Shown: piece after piece, positions 36,291 through 50,693 of the stretch | How the letters are laid out: every line of letters starts with the position of its first letter | How positions within the stretch are numbered: the stretch's first letter is position 1 | Assembly: GCA_032718475.1 (NCBI GenBank) | Contig: JAUCBJ010006059.1 | Coordinates: 1 to 64,000 of the forward strand | Source of the DNA: Nemertoderma westbladi | Taxonomy: Eukaryota; Animalia; Xenacoelomorpha | Direction of reading: 5' to 3' | Length of the DNA: 64,000 nt | Made by a program: the position numbers and the translations under genes | The notes under the pieces: model-generated | What the model was told of the DNA's origin: nothing | What the model saw: only the letters and a program-made list of their open reading frames with translations | Database searches by the model: none

Positions 36291-39200
36291 GTTATTAGGT
36301 CCGCGAAGCGAGACCTCTACTAGCCACTCCGTTACTAGGTCCACAAAGCGATACCTCTAGTAGCCACTCCGTTATTAGGTCCGCGAAGCGAGACCTCTAG
36401 TAGCCACTCCATTATTAGGTCCATGAAGCAAGACCTCTAGTAGCCACTCCGTTATTAGGTCCGCGAAGTGAGACCTCTAGAAGCCACTCCGTTATTAGGT
36501 CCGCGAAGCGAGACCTCTAGTAGCCACTCCATTATTAGGTCCGTGAAGCAAGACCTCTAGTAGCCACTCCATTATTAGGTCCGCAAAGCGAGACCTCTAG
36601 TAGCCACTCCGTTATTAGGTCCGTGAAGCAAGACCTCTAGTAGCAACCCCATTATTAGGTCCGTGAAGCAAGACCTCTAGTAGCCACTCCATTATTACGT
36701 CCACGAAGCAAGACCTCTAGTAGCCACTCCGTTATTAGGTCCGCGAAGCGAGACCTCTAGTAGCCACTCCAATATTAGGTCCGTGAAGCAAGACCTCTAG
36801 TAGCCACTCCGTTACTAGGTCCGCGAAGCGAGACCTCTAGTAGCAACCCCATTATTAGGTCCATGAAGCAAGACCTCTCGTAGCCACTCCGTTATTAGGT
36901 CCATGAAGCGAGACCTCTAGTGGCCACTCCGTTATTAGGTCCGTGAAGCGAGACCTCTAGTAGCCACTCCATTATTAAGTCCGTGAAGCGAGACCTCTAG
37001 TAGCCACTCCGTTATTAGGTCCGCGAAGCGAGACCTCTAGTAGCCACACCATTATTAGGTCCATGAAGCAAGACCTCTAGTAGCCACTCCGTTATTAGGT
37101 CCGCAAAGCGAGACCTCTAGTAGCCACTCCATTATTAGGTCCGTGAAGCAAGACCTCTAGTAGCCACTCTGTTATTAGGTCTGCAAAGCGAGACCTTTAG
37201 TAGCCACTCCATTATTACAGTAGGTCCACAAAGCGAGACCTCTAATAGCCACTCTGTTATTACAGTAGGTCCACGAAGAGAGACCTCTAATAGCCAATCC
37301 GTTATAAGGTTAGCAAAGCGAGACCTCTAGTTGCCACTCCGTTATTAGGTCCGCGAAGCGAGACCTCTAGTTGCCACTCCATTATTAGGTCCGCAAAGCG
37401 AGACCTCTAGTAACCACTCCGTTATTAGGTCCGCGAAGCTAAACCTCTAGTAGCCATTCCGTTATTAGGTCCGCAAAGCGAGACCTCTAGTTGCCACTCT
37501 GTTATTAGGTCCGCGAAGTGAGACCTCTAGTAGCCACTCCGTTATTAGGTCCACGAAGCAAAACCTCTAGTAGCCACTCCGTTATTAGGTCCGCAAAGCG
37601 AGACTTTTAGTAGCCACTCCGTTATTACAGTAGTTCCACGAAGCGAGACCTCTAGTAGCCACTCTATTATTACAGTAGGTCCACGAAGCGAGACCTCTAG
37701 TAGCCATTCCGTTATTACAGTAGGTCCACGAAGCGAGACCTCTAGTAGCCACTCCATTATTACAGTAGGTCCACGAAGAGAGACCTCTAATAGCCACTCC
37801 GTTATTAGGTCTGCAAAGCGAGACCTCTAGTTGCCACTCCATTATTAGGTCCGCGAAGCGAGACCTTTAGTAGCCACTCCATTATTACAGAAGGTCCACA
37901 AAGCAAGACCTCTAATAGCCACTCCGTTATTACAGTAGGTCCACGAAGAGAGACCTCTAATAGCCAATCCGTTATTAGGTCCGCAAAGCGAGACCTCTAG
38001 TTGCCACTCCGTTATTAGGTCCGCGAAGCGAGACCTCTAGTTGCCACTCCGTTATTAGGTCCGCAAAGCGAGACCTCTAGTAACCACTCCATTATTAGGT
38101 CCGCGAAGCTAAACCTCTAGTAGCCATTCCATTATTAGGTCCGGAAAGCGAGACCTCTAGTTGCCACTCCATTATTAGGTCCGCGAAGCGAGACCTCTAG
38201 TTGCCACTCCGTTGTTAGGTCCACGAAGCGAGACCTCTAGTAGCCACTCCGTTATTACAGTAGGTCCACAAAGAGAGACCTCTAATAGCCAATCCGTTAT
38301 TAGGTCCGCAAAGCGAGACCTCTAGTTGCCACTCCGTTATTAGGTCCGCAAAGCGAGACTTTTAGTAGCCACTCCGTTATTACAGTAGTTCCACGAAGTG
38401 AGACCTCTAGTAGCCACTCTATTATTACAGTAGGTCCACGAAGCGAGACCTCTAGTAGCCATTCCGTTATTACAGTAGGTCCACGAAGCGAGACCTCTAG
38501 TAGCCACTCCATTATTACAGTAGGTCCACGAAGAGAGACCTCTAATAGCCACTCCATTATTAGGTCTGCAAAGCGAGACCTCTAGTTGCCACTCCGTTAT
38601 TAGGTCCGCGAAGCGAGACCTTTAGTAGCCACTCCATTATTACAGAAGGTCCACAAAGCAAGACCTCTAATAGCCACTCCGTTATTACAGTAGGTCCACG
38701 AAGAGAGACCTCTAATAGCCAATCCGTTATTAGGTCCGCAAAGCGAGACCTCTAGTTGCCACTCCGTTATTAGGTCCGCGAAGCGAGACCTCTAGTTGCC
38801 ACTCCGTTATTAGGTCCGCAAAGCGAGACCTCTAGTAACCACTCCGTTATTAGGTCCGCGAAGCTAAACCTCTAGTAGCCATTCCATTATTAGGTCCGCA
38901 AAGCGAGACCTCTAGTTGCCACTCCATTATTAGGTCCGCGAAGCGAGACCTCTAGTTGCCACTCCATTGTTAGGTCCACGAAGCGAGACCTCTAGTAGCC
39001 ACTCCGTTATTACAGTAGGTCCACAAAGAGAGACCTCTAATAGCCAATCCGTTATTAGGTCCGCAAAGCGAGACCTCTAGTTGCCACTCCGTTATTAGGT
39101 CCGCGAAGCGAGACCTCTAGTTGCCACTCCATTATTAGGTCCGCAAAGCGAGACCTCTAGTAACCACTCCGTTATTAGGTCCGCGAAGCTAAACCTCTAG

Positions 39201-40594
39201 TAGCCATTCCGTTATTAGGTCCGCAAAGCGAGACCTCTAGTTGCCACTCCATTATTAGGTCCGCGAAGTGAGACCTCTAGTAGCCACTCGGTTATTAGGT
39301 CCGCGAAGCAAAACCTCTAATAGCCACTCCATTATTAGGTCTGCAAAGCGAGACCTCTAGTTGCCACTCCGTTATTAGGTCCGCGAAGCGAGACCTCTAG
39401 TTGCCACTCCGTTATTAGGTCAGCGAAGCGAGACTTCTAGTAGCCACTCCGTTATTACAGTAGTTCCACGAAGCGAGACCTCTAGTAGCCACTCCATTAT
39501 TACAGTAGGTCCACGAAGCAAAACCTCTAGTAGCCACTCCGTTATTAGGTCCGCGAAGCTAAACCTCTAGTAGCCACTCCGTTATTAGGTCCGCGAAGCG
39601 AGACCTCTAGTTGCCACTCTGTTATTAGGTCCATGAAGCGAAACCTCTAGTAGCCACTCTGTTATTAGGTCCGCAAAGCGAGACCTTTAGTAGCCACTCC
39701 ATTATTAGGTCCGTGAAGCAAGACCTCTAGTAGCCACTCTGTTATTAGGTCCGCAAAGCGAGACCTTTAGTAGCCACTCCATTATTACAGAAGGTCCACA
39801 AAGCAAGACCTCTAATAGCCACTCCGTTATTACAGTAGGTCCACGAAGAGATCTCTAATAGCCAATCCGTTATTTGGTCCGCAAAGCGAGACCTCTAGTT
39901 GCCACTCCGTTATTAGGTCCGCGAAGCGAGACCTCTAGTTGCCACCCCGTTATTAGGTCCGCGAAGCGAGACCTCTAGTTGCCACTCTGTTATTAGGTCC
40001 GCGAAGCTAAACCTCTAGTAGCCACTCCGTTATTAGGTCCGCGAAGCAAAACCTCTAGTAGCCACTCCATTATTAGGTCCGCAAAGCTAGACTTCTAGTA
40101 GCCACTCCGTTATTACAGTAGTTCCACGAAGCGAGACCTCTAGTAGCCACTCTGTTATTAGGTCCATGAAGCGAAACCTCTAGTAGCCACTCCGTTATTA
40201 GGTCCGCGAAGCGAGACCTCTAGTTGCCACTCTGTTATTAGGTCCGCGAAGTGAAACCTCTAGTAGCTACTCCCTTATTAAGTCCGCGAAGTGAGACCTC
40301 TAGTTGCCACTCCATTATTAGGTCCGCAAAGCAAGGCCTCTAGTAGCCACTCCGTTATTAGGTCCGCGAAGCGAAACCTCCAGTAGCCTGCTCCGTTATT
40401 AGGTCCACGAAGCGAAACCTCTAGTAGCCACTCCATTATTAGGTCCGCGAAGCAAGACCTCTAGTTGCCACTCCGTTGTTAGGTCCACGAAGCGAGACCT
40501 CTAGTAGCCACTCCGTTATTAGGTCCGTGAAGGAAGACCTCTAGTAGCCACTCCGTTATTAGGTCCACGAAGCGAGACCTCTAGTAGCCACTCC
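36291..40594. repeat. 40-bp satellite array (~4.3 kb, ~100 units) with 46-bp variant units
   Basis: Consensus GTTATTAGGTCCGCGAAGCGAGACCTCTAGTAGCCACTCC. Variants read TTATTACAGTAGGT. Blocks of variants recur. Confidence 0.95.
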
Positions 40595-41339
40595 CTTTGT
40601 TGTTGGGTTTGATGTTTGTGTTGTTGTTGATTTCTATATTGCTTTTGATAACTTGGTACGGTTTGGTAGAGCGTTGGAATTCGAGAGAACCCGCTTCAAT
40701 CCCACATTCAGATGTTATGTTTTTCAAAGAAAATATTTAGGTTTTGTAAAATTGGTTTAATTGAAACTGGAAAGCATGAAGCAGGTTGTTAGTAAGAAGC
40801 CATTCAAGGAGTAGAAGTTAATGAGTTATTATATTGCGGACCTTTGAGGGATTTCGCACTTGTTTCTAACTCAAACAACACATGATTTACTACAAAGTAC
40901 ACTACTAAAAAATTTTGCGGATCATATGTTTATTCATGGAAATTCTGCGTAAATTTGCATAACGCAAGCCAAACAAAAGGAACAGTAGGGAAAAGTAAGT
41001 AACAAATTGGTGATGTTCCAGAATAATTTAATTAATTTCACAATAAGCTGTGATTCAATGGGAAATTAGTAATTATTTACACTGGCGTGTTACACATTAA
41101 TTGCTATAGATTATATTAGTAGTATACTTACATGATGTACATGATTTACTATATATATTAATTGTTATAGATGTGGGATTTATTAGGTGGGTTATATGAG
41201 ATTATCATTTTCACTTAAGGCCAATACAGTTATATTTATGGACTCATAATATATATCTAATCATAAGGAATCTAGAATGTCACATCTTATATTGTATATA
41301 GTGTATAGCGTATATATAGTGTATTGTATATATTTTTAG

Positions 41340-41499
41340 ACATGAAATAAAAATGATATATCGGAGTTTCAAGCAGGAGTGTCCGTCTGGGGTGGTGGAT
41401 GAGACCACATTCACGTATATCTACAACCAATTCTTTCCGCTAGGCAAGTCCGATGAATATTCACATTGTGTGTTCCGTAACATCGATAAGAATAAAGCG
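41340..41499 (+). CDS. KCNIP: KChIP coding exon 2 (EF1 and start of EF2)
   Basis: Acceptor TTTTTAG|A. HEIKMIYRSFKQECPSGVVDETTFTYIYNQFFPLG..VFRNIDKNKA contains the NCS CPSG signature. Donor GCG|GTGAGT, phase 0. Confidence 0.93.
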
Positions 41500-44122
41500 G
41501 TGAGTTGTTGTATTATAGCGTTACTAAATAAGTTTTAATAAAATAATAAGAATTATTTATTACATGAGAAACAAGTATGCTTTTTTCCCCGATGATTATA
41601 AGATGAGCGTTTAATTACATCAAAGTAATTAAAATTGATTAAAATAAGCCGGTAATCGGGTTCGACCCGCGATTGGATTTGATCCTGAATCGCTATTGTG
41701 GTGTCGCTGTCGCAGCGGTCGGGCGCTGTTTCTTCAGTCATTTAATCAACAAATAGTTATCGCACAATTACAGGAATTGGCAAAGGGGGAAGAAAATGTG
41801 GTCTTTGCCCCCTCTGTAACAAAAGTTCCCGTGCGCTTATGATATTTCCGGTATGCTGTGTGCCTGTGCCCGTGCTTTGAACTGTCCACTGTGACTACTT
41901 CATCCTGGAATACCACCGCTATGCATCGCGCACTGTGCTCGCATATATTAGCTCCTCCTCTTTATCAACAGCAATTCAAGATGTTGCTGCATCGTGAACA
42001 ATATAATCTTTTCCTTTCATGTGACCGCATCATTTGCATATCCAAATCTGTTCCCCGCGCGATTTTAATAAGTTTCCCAGCTCAAACCGTTGTACATCTA
42101 TCCACCCATAACCCATGCCGATATTAACGTAGGCCGATCTCTCCAAAATAATATTGACGCAATCCACACTTGGCTTATGCATAAGTGGGTGTAAGTAGTT
42201 CCTTTAATGCAGTACCAGAGCAATCAATTCCCTCAATAAATGGATGCGATCGCAACATCACAACTTAATCCATCACTCCATTCCTTACTGTCTGTAATAT
42301 CCGTTCTTTGGTGCAAATACATCGTAACTCATTAAGCAGTCTTTACCTTCGTATTAATAAATCATCTAACTCTTTGATCGGTGCTGTAAGGTTTTGTTGC
42401 CGTCCTTCTTCAGCCCTGTTTGAGTCTTTTAATATTTATTGTAAATAACGGCGCCTTGTATGTATCTTACTCCATTTATATTCATATTTAGTTATCATAT
42501 TTATTAATGTCTGTACTTACATATTCCTTACGGTTGTGCTCTAGTTTTTACTCTATGGCTTTATAACTTTGCTGAATTAAATAATTAAAAAAAAAAAATA
42601 TGAAGTGTGGATTAAGCACTGCTTGGTCTCCTATTCGCTAGTAATTATAAGTACAATGATAGTTGGTGATTAGTATGATAGTCGTCAGATACATAGATCA
42701 GCAGATTTATTATTACTATTATTAGTTTAGTTCCTTGCACAAGTGAAACTTGTTAATTATTTATGAAAACCTCCCATTCTATTCTCTCAATACACATTCG
42801 AGTCATAACGCTCCGATTATGCTAGACCTACTCTAATTTTTGTTCCAAGCCGCTTCCAACTCCAAATGTTCCTCTGATTTTGGCTTAACTGTGTGCTAGT
42901 TTCTATTGAATCCCCCTGGAAAAATAATCCCTTGATTGGGGATTCATTCTAACCTAGGTTGAAATGAATGTCCTTCGAAAGTTGGCGGGATGGTTTGTGG
43001 CTAGTTTGTAATGAATCCCATAAAAATGACTCCCAAATCATTTCAACCTAGGATAAGCCTACTATATTTTGTCGAAATCATATTTATTTTATTCCAAAAT
43101 TGTAACATTACTCATCGCCGTTAGTATTAACAGCGAGTTGTTATTTAGCACTTTACAACTTTTGAGGACATTACAGCATTGTGTTGGCTTGTATTGGTGT
43201 TATTCAGTTAAGTAATTAATGTCCCATTAGCGGACATTACAACACGCCGTCATTGGTTAGCACTTAAACAATAGTGGTATTTGCCTGACAGCCAGATAGG
43301 CCTACTGCATTACCTACCGGTAGGCGGGGTATAGCTATTAATAACCAGTAGCTATAAACTATTAACATGGCTCCAAACGCCACCATAAATATAAGCTAAC
43401 TTATTTATAACATAATTTATGTAATTTTTACATTTATTTAATTTGTGCAGTTTCTATCACTTATAATATATATACAATCATTTCGTAATGTTAAATTTTG
43501 GAATAAACCTACATTCATACTTGTTGCAAAGTACTTTACAGTGTTCTTATCCTCGGGAATTTATTTTCACTCACTCACTACGTTCGTTCGTGTAACAAAG
43601 CACTCGTATCATCACACTGTAAAGTGCTACTTTACACACAAGTATGTAAATAGGACAGGTATTACAGTATACTTTCAAGATCAAGACAGGGGGTAAACAG
43701 GACGCAAATCCCGCCTTGGCGAAGTAATATCCCGCCTCAATGTTAAATGCTCAATTTAGGGAAAGGAGCAGGTTACAGTGGCACGTTATTTTAACCAAAA
43801 CATTAAACTAAGCACAATAGAACAGGTTACAGTTTTATTTTTGAGAGTTCACGTTCTCGTGACCATTACTATAAAAATACTTATAAAAAGCGTGGAAACA
43901 ATCATACCTTATTAAGAGTGCATGTCACTCACTATTTAACCTGAATATCCTTGCAGGGATTCATTCACCACACGTGCGTGTCATTTTCACTAAAGTCAAC
44001 ACTTGAGTAGCTTGTTGACTAGCAGCCACATCCCGATTGACAGCTTGTTAAGGTATAGACGAAGTGGAGAGCCTGGAGTTGTATAAGGAGATTCGCGAGT
44101 ACTCTCAATATACTCTTAACGA

Positions 44123-45395
44123 ACACGAAGTGGGGCCTTCGCGCAGCACGTGAAATGAGTTAATGCTAAGTATCAACTCGAAAGGATTATAAAAACATAG
44201 GAGAAGATTTTCCCGGAAAACGTTAACCCTCTAGCGGGAGACTGGGTAACTGAAGAAGGAAGGATTAGTTTCCCTACAAAGCCACATCCTATGGTCTATT
44301 ACATATCTACCAAGTTTCCGATTGACGGATCATAAATAACGAAATGTTGGAAGGTTTTCACTTTCATACATTTAGCCCTCTAGCGGCATATTAAAGAACT
44401 ACGGATCGATCACCTTCCTCACAAAGACGAGGCATGTGGTCTAGTACATACCGGTACTGTATATTCCAAAATTCAGCTTAAATAGATTAAGATCAAGGAA
44501 TTCGCAAAGGTTATCACTTTCCTACATTTCGCCCTCTAGCGGCAGACTCGAAAACTCCGGACCGATTACTGTCCACACAAAGACTTAGGATGTCTTCTAG
44601 TACATATATGACAAGTTTCAGCGTAATCAGATCATAAACAACTAAATGGAAGAATAATTTCACATTCGGGACATTTCGCCCTCTAGCGGCAGACTGGAGA
44701 ACTGCAGACAGATTAGCCTCCTTTGAAATTTACAGCTAATGGTCTAGTACATACTTCCCAAGTTTCAGCTTAAACGGATTAAAAGCAAAGAAATGGGTGG
44801 CCATTTAATGTTTAGACATGTGGCCCTCTAGCGGGAGACTGGAAAACTTCGGACCGATTACAATCCACACAAAGACTCAGGATGTCTTCTAGTACATATA
44901 TGACAAGTTTCAGCGTAATCAGATCATAAACAACTAAATGGAAGAATAATTTCACATTCGGGACATTTCGCCCTCTAGCGGCAGACTGGAGAACTGCAGA
45001 CAGATTAGCCTCCTTTGAAATTTACAGCTAATGGTCTAGTACATACTTCCCAAGTTTCAGCTTAAACGGATTAAAAGCAAAGAAATGGGTGGCCATTTAA
45101 TGTTTAGACATGTGGCCCTCTAGCGGGAGACCATTGCACTGATGGTGTCTGAAAGTCTCTCAAAAATCTCAACTTTTGCTCATATTGATACCTACAAATT
45201 TTCAACTTGGCAGCTTTAAATCCGACAAAGTTATTAGCATGTCAAAATCGTAACGACGACGACAACGACGACGACGACAACGACGACGACGACAACGACG
45301 ACGACGACGACGACGACAACTATTTGCATAAATTGACCCACCCCCTAACAGTGTCAATTCGCTAAGGCTCCGCCAACTTCGTGGCTCGCCCCACA
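44123..45395 (-). mobile_element. HINE/Helentron-like element, copy 2, in KChIP intron 2
   Basis: Same termini, internal monomers and (ACG)n tract as 24529-26093. 1273 bp versus 1565 bp, i.e. one 292-bp unit shorter. Confidence 0.8.
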
Positions 45396-45644
45396 ATAAC
45401 CCAGCCACGAACTGTTGACAATGGCTTCAGGGGTATTCCATTAATTACGGGTATGGGTTATCCTTGTATATTGAGAGGCTGCCTTTACGTAAATTCATGA
45501 AAGTTGCGGGTAACTACAAATTCTGAGAAAATTACCGTAGATAATGAGAAATTGGTGGCTGACGATGACGTTATAGATAGCAGCAGCATTGAAAACAAAA
45601 ATAATTGGTGTTGATATAAAAATTCATACTTATGCTATTGGAGA

Positions 45645-46342
45645 AGAATATCGAGACTTGAAAAATATTGCGAAGAATATCGCGAGTAAAAATATCGAGA
45701 GTAAAAATATCGAGAGTAAAAATATCAAGAATAAAAATATCGAAATTAAAAATATCAAGAATAAAAATATCGAGATTAAAAATATCGAGATTAAAAATTA
45801 TTGAGAGTAAAAATAACGTGAGTAAAGATATCGCGAGTAGCTAGTGTTTTTACATAAACTATAGCTGTAAAAGATTTTATTTTTAAAATATAGCATTGTT
45901 TATTTTAGTTTCTATGGTACTATAGCTAGTGTTTTCGTCAGAAGGGGGGGGGGGGAAACTGGACGCCCCTCTCCATCCCTCTCCAGGGGAATTTCAACGC
46001 AAATAACAGATGATTACTCTCAAAAATAAAACTGTTACCTGTTCTATTGTTCTTAGTTTATTGTTTTGGTTAAAATAACGTGCCCTTGTAACCTGCTCCT
46101 TTCCCTAAATTGAGAATTTAACATTGAGACGGGATATTATTTTGCCAAGGTGGGTTTTGCGCCTAGTTTCCCCCCTGTCTCGTTTTTGTTGGTAGCCAGT
46201 GTTTCATTCCAAAAATTATAATAGTTTTAATTTGGATATTTCCAACCAGCGATATTTTTACTTATTTTTACTTTCGGTATTTTTAATCGCGATATTTTTA
46301 CTCTCGATATTTTACGAACTCGCGATAATGTCGATATTTTCA
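45645..46342. mobile_element. Foldback-type MITE remnant with arms built from 15-bp repeats
   Basis: (TAAAAATATCGAGAG)n at ~45650-45840 and the reverse complement (CGATATTTTTACT) at ~46250-46340. Confidence 0.5.
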
Positions 46343-46364
46343 AAAGGCGGCACAGTAATTATTA

Positions 46365-47760
46365 GCAAAGGTGGCACAGAGATTAATTACCGAAGGCGTC
46401 ACAGGGATTAATTACCGTCGGCAGGGGATTAATTACCGAAGGCGGCGCACGGATTAATTACCGAAGGCGGCACAGGGATTAATTACTGAAGGCGGCTCAG
46501 GGATTAATTACCGAAGGCGGCACAGGGATTAATTACCGAAGGCGGCACAGGGATTAATTACCGAAGGCGGTACAGGGATTAATTACCGAAGGCGGCACAG
46601 GGATATATTACCGAAGGCGGCACAGGGATATATTACCGAAGGCGGCACAGGGATTAATTACCGAAGGCGGCACAGGGATTAATTACCGAAGGAGGCACAT
46701 GGATTAATTACCGAAGGCGGCACAGGGATTAATTACCGAAGGCGGCACAGGGATTAATTACCGAAGGCGGCACAGGGATTAATTATCGAAGGCGGCACAG
46801 GGATTAATTACCGAAGGCGGCACAGGGATTAATTACCGAAGGCGGCACAGGGATTAATTACCGAAGGAGGCACATGGATTAATTACCGAAGGCGGCACAG
46901 GGATAAATTACCGAAGGCGGCACAGGGATTAATTACCGAAGGCGGCACAGGGATTAATTACCGTCGGCAGGGGATTAATTACCGAAGGCGGCGCAGGGAT
47001 TAATTACCGAAGGCGGCACAGGGATTAATTACTGAAGGCGGCACAGGGATTAATTACCGAAGGCGGCACAGGGATTAATTACCGAAGGCGGCACAGGGAT
47101 TAATTACCGAAGGCGGTACAGGGATTAATTACCGAAGGCGGCACAGGGATTAATTACCGAAGGCGGTACAGGGATTAATTACCGAAGGCGGCACAGGGAT
47201 ATATTACCGAAGGCGGCACAGGGATTAATTACCGAAGGCGGCACAGGGATATATTACCGAAGGCGGCACAGGGATTAATTACCGAAGGCGGCACAGGGAT
47301 TAATTACCGAAGGCGGCACAGGGATTAATTACCGAAGGCGGCACAGGGATTAATTACCGAAGGCGGCACAGGGATTAATTACCGAAGGAGGCACATGGAT
47401 TAATTACCGAAGGCGGCACAGGGATAAATTACCGAAGGCGGCACAGGGATTAATTACCGAAGGCGGTACAGGGATTAATTACCCTAGGCGGCACAGAGAT
47501 TAATTACCGAAGGCGGCACAGGGATTAATTACCGAAGGCGGCACAGGTATTAATTACCGAAGGCGGCACAGGGATTAATTACCGAAGGCGGCACAGGGAT
47601 TAATTACCGAAGGCGGCACAGGGATTAATTACCGAAGGCGGCACAGGGATTAATTACCGAAGGCCGCACAGGGATTAATTATCGAAGGCGGCACAGGGAT
47701 TAATTACCGAAGGCGGCACAGGGATTACTTACCGAAGGCGGCACAGGGATTAATTACCGA
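46365..47760. repeat. 26-bp minisatellite, ~53 copies
   Basis: Unit TAATTACCGAAGGCGGCACAGGGAT(T)-type, nearly invariant. Confidence 0.95.
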
Positions 47761-48242
47761 TGTGCAGATTGGTGGCTTATAGGAGATGGAACGGTTTACA
47801 TATGATATGATAATAAATCCTACAGATTAATTATCACTCCTCCCACAATCCCTGTATAACTCCACATTCACACTATGTGCACAGCTTATAATATGTTATT
47901 ATTTTAATACGTTCGCTGATGTCGAAAGATGACAGAATATTTATTAATTTCGAGCTGTTTATCGAATTCGCTGCGATCCAGTTAGAATGACCTACATACC
48001 TATTTGTAATGGAAGGAAATACCTGGAAAACTATATGACATCATCGATCCATTACGCAAGGGTTTGGTATCTCGGTCATCCTTCTCAATATTGTGGAGTT
48101 ACGTTATTTTATTTTAAATATAAAGTTAACTGTAATTGTGTCTCGTGGTGATGCCGTATCTGCGATTACAGACAGGGAGAATGGTAAGGGTTGAACCATA
48201 GTACATACGGGGTGGGTGGTAATGGTTGAACCGTACCACAGG

Positions 48243-49879
48243 CGGGAAGGGTTTAACCAGTACAGACGGGAGGATTCAACCAGTACAGTTGGGAGGGTTC
48301 AACCAGTACAAACGGGAGGGTTCAACCAGTACAGGCGGGAGGGTTCAAACAGTACAGACGGGAGGGTTCAACCAGTACAGACGGGGGGGTTCAACCAGTA
48401 CAGTTGGGAGGGTTCAACCAGTACAAACGGGAGGGTTCAACCAGTACAGGCGGGAGGGTTCAAACAGTACAGACGGGAGGGTTCAACCAGTACAGACGGG
48501 GGGGTTCAACCAGTACAGTTGGGAGGGTTCAACCAGTACAGTCGGGAGGGTTCAACCAGTACAGTCGGGAGGGTTCAACCGGTATAGACGGGAGGGTTAA
48601 ACCAATACAGACGGGAGGGTTCAACCAGTACAGTCGGGAGGGTTCAACCAGTACAGTTGGGAGGGTTCAACCGGTACAAACGGGAGGGTTCAACCAGTAC
48701 AGGCGGGAGGGTTCAACCAGTACAGTTGGGAGGGTTCAACCAGTACAGTCGGGAGGGTTCAACCAGTACAGTCGGGAGGGTTCAACCAGTACAGTTGGGA
48801 GGGTTCAACCGGTACAGTTGGGAGGGTTCAACCGGTACAAACGGGAGGGTTCAACCAGTACAGACGGGGGGGTTCAACCAGTACAGTTGGGAGGGTTCAA
48901 CCAGTACAGTCGGGAGGGTTCAACCAGTACAGTTGGGAGGGTTCAACCAGTACAGTCGGGAGGGTTCAACCAGTACAGTCGGGAGGGTTCAACCGGTATA
49001 GACGGGAGGGTTAAACCAATACAGACGGGAGGGTTCAACCAGTACAGTCGGGAGGGTTCAACCAGTACAGTTGGGAGGGTTCAACCAGTACAGTTGGGAG
49101 GGTTCAACCAGTACAGTCGGGAGGGTTCAACCGGTATAGACGGGAGGGTTAAACCAATACAGACGGGAGGGTTCAACCAGTACAGTCGGGAGGGTTCAAC
49201 CAGTACAGTTGGGAGGGTTCAACCGGTACAAACGGGAGGGTTCAACCAGTACAGACGGGGGGGTTCAACCAGTACAGTTGGGAGGGTTCAACCAGTACAG
49301 TCGGGAGGGTTCAACCAGTACAGTTGGGAGGGTTCAACCAGTACAGTCGGGAGGGTTCAACCAGTACAGTCGGGAGGGTTCAACCGGTATAGACGGGAGG
49401 GTTAAACCAATACAGACGGGAGGGTTCAACCAGTACAGTCGGGAGGGTTCAACCAGTACAGTTGGGAGGGTTCAACCAGTACAGTTGGGAGGGTTCAACC
49501 AGTACAGTCGGGAGGGTTCAACCGGTATAGACGGGAGGGTTAAACCAATACAGACGGGAGGGTTCAACCAGTACAGTCGGGAGGGTTCAACCAGTACAGT
49601 TGGGAGGGTTCAACCAGTACAGTTGGGAGGGTTCAACCAGTACAGTCGGGAGGGTTCAACCAGTACAGTCGGGAGGGTTCAACCGGTATAGACGGGAGGG
49701 TTAAACCAATACAGACGGGAGGGTTCAACCAGTACAGTCGGGAGGGTTCAACCAGTACAGTTGGGAGGGTTCAACCAGTACAGTTGGGAGGGTTCAACCA
49801 GTACAGTTGGGAGGGTTCAACCAGTACAGTCGGGAGGGTTTAACCGGTATAGACGGGAGGGTTAAACCAATACAGACGG
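48243..49879. repeat. 23-bp minisatellite, ~70 copies, with recurring variant blocks
   Basis: Unit GGGAGGGTTCAACCAGTACAGTC. The variant pair CCGGTATAGAC / TTAAACCAATACAGAC recurs. Confidence 0.95.
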
Positions 49880-50310
49880 CTGTTGTTCTGCTATGAACCG
49901 GTTTTCTAGAACTGATTATTACGAACGATTTTCCAGTTCAGCACGGTGCTTACAAGTTTATTTATCAATATTCCACATATTTTCTAAATTGTGAAGTAGC
50001 ATCTGCTTCTATCTGTCTTCAACGCATAGGCTGAAACGAATAGGTAAGAAAATATGTTCTAATATCCGTTCTTATCCCCATCAGGAAATGAGACTGAGAA
50101 AATGTCAGATGCAGTTGACAGTCAGCCTGTTGTTTTAATATTAAATGAAACTTTATCGGAATGTTTCCATAATAGTTTTCTAAATTGTTACCATGGATTG
50201 GATAAGAGTTCACTACAGAGTATGCGGATGGAAGGGGTTGGAAGTTATAGGTCGGATGCATGCGAGATGGCATGGGCGCAGGACGAAATGAGGAGCGATC
50301 GCCATGTGCA

Positions 50311-50693
50311 GGTGTACAAGACTGAGATAACTCCCTCTTGAAATGACTCCCCAGTCATCTCAGCCTTAGGCTGAGAACACTCCCCAGTTATATCAGCCTA
50401 GGCTGCGAACACTCCCCTTAGGCTAAGATGACTCCCATTAGGCTGAGTTGACTCCCCTAATTGAGTTATAATTCATATCCGTACCTGTGTTATCTTCGTA
50501 TTTTGCAAAAATAAAACTGTAACCTATGTTATTGAGATTTCGTTTATTGTTTTGGTTAGAAAAGCCCGCCACTGTAACCTGCTCCTTTCCGTTAATTAAG
50601 AAATCCAGGGAGATAACTGGTGAGAGTTCTCAGCCTAGGCTGAGAAGACTGGGGATTCATATTTGGTGGGGAGTTTTCTCAGCCTGTTACACC
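50311..50693. mobile_element. MITE with GGTGTA(A)CA termini and internal GGCTGAG..ACTCCCC repeats
   Basis: GGTGTACAAGACTGAGATAACTCCC ... GGGGAGTTTTCTCAGCCTGTTACACC form imperfect TIRs. No clear TSD. Confidence 0.55.

Noticed and set aside
36291-40594. CRISPR-like appearance of the 40-bp array (also the 26-, 23- and 30-bp arrays)
   Set aside because: Units are contiguous with no unique spacers, no cas genes are present and the context is eukaryotic. These are minisatellites.
48216-49691. ORFs of up to 333 aa with GGFNQYSREGSTSTVGRVQPVQ repeats
   Set aside because: Translation of a 23-bp minisatellite. All three frames give the same peptide and there is no splice or start context.
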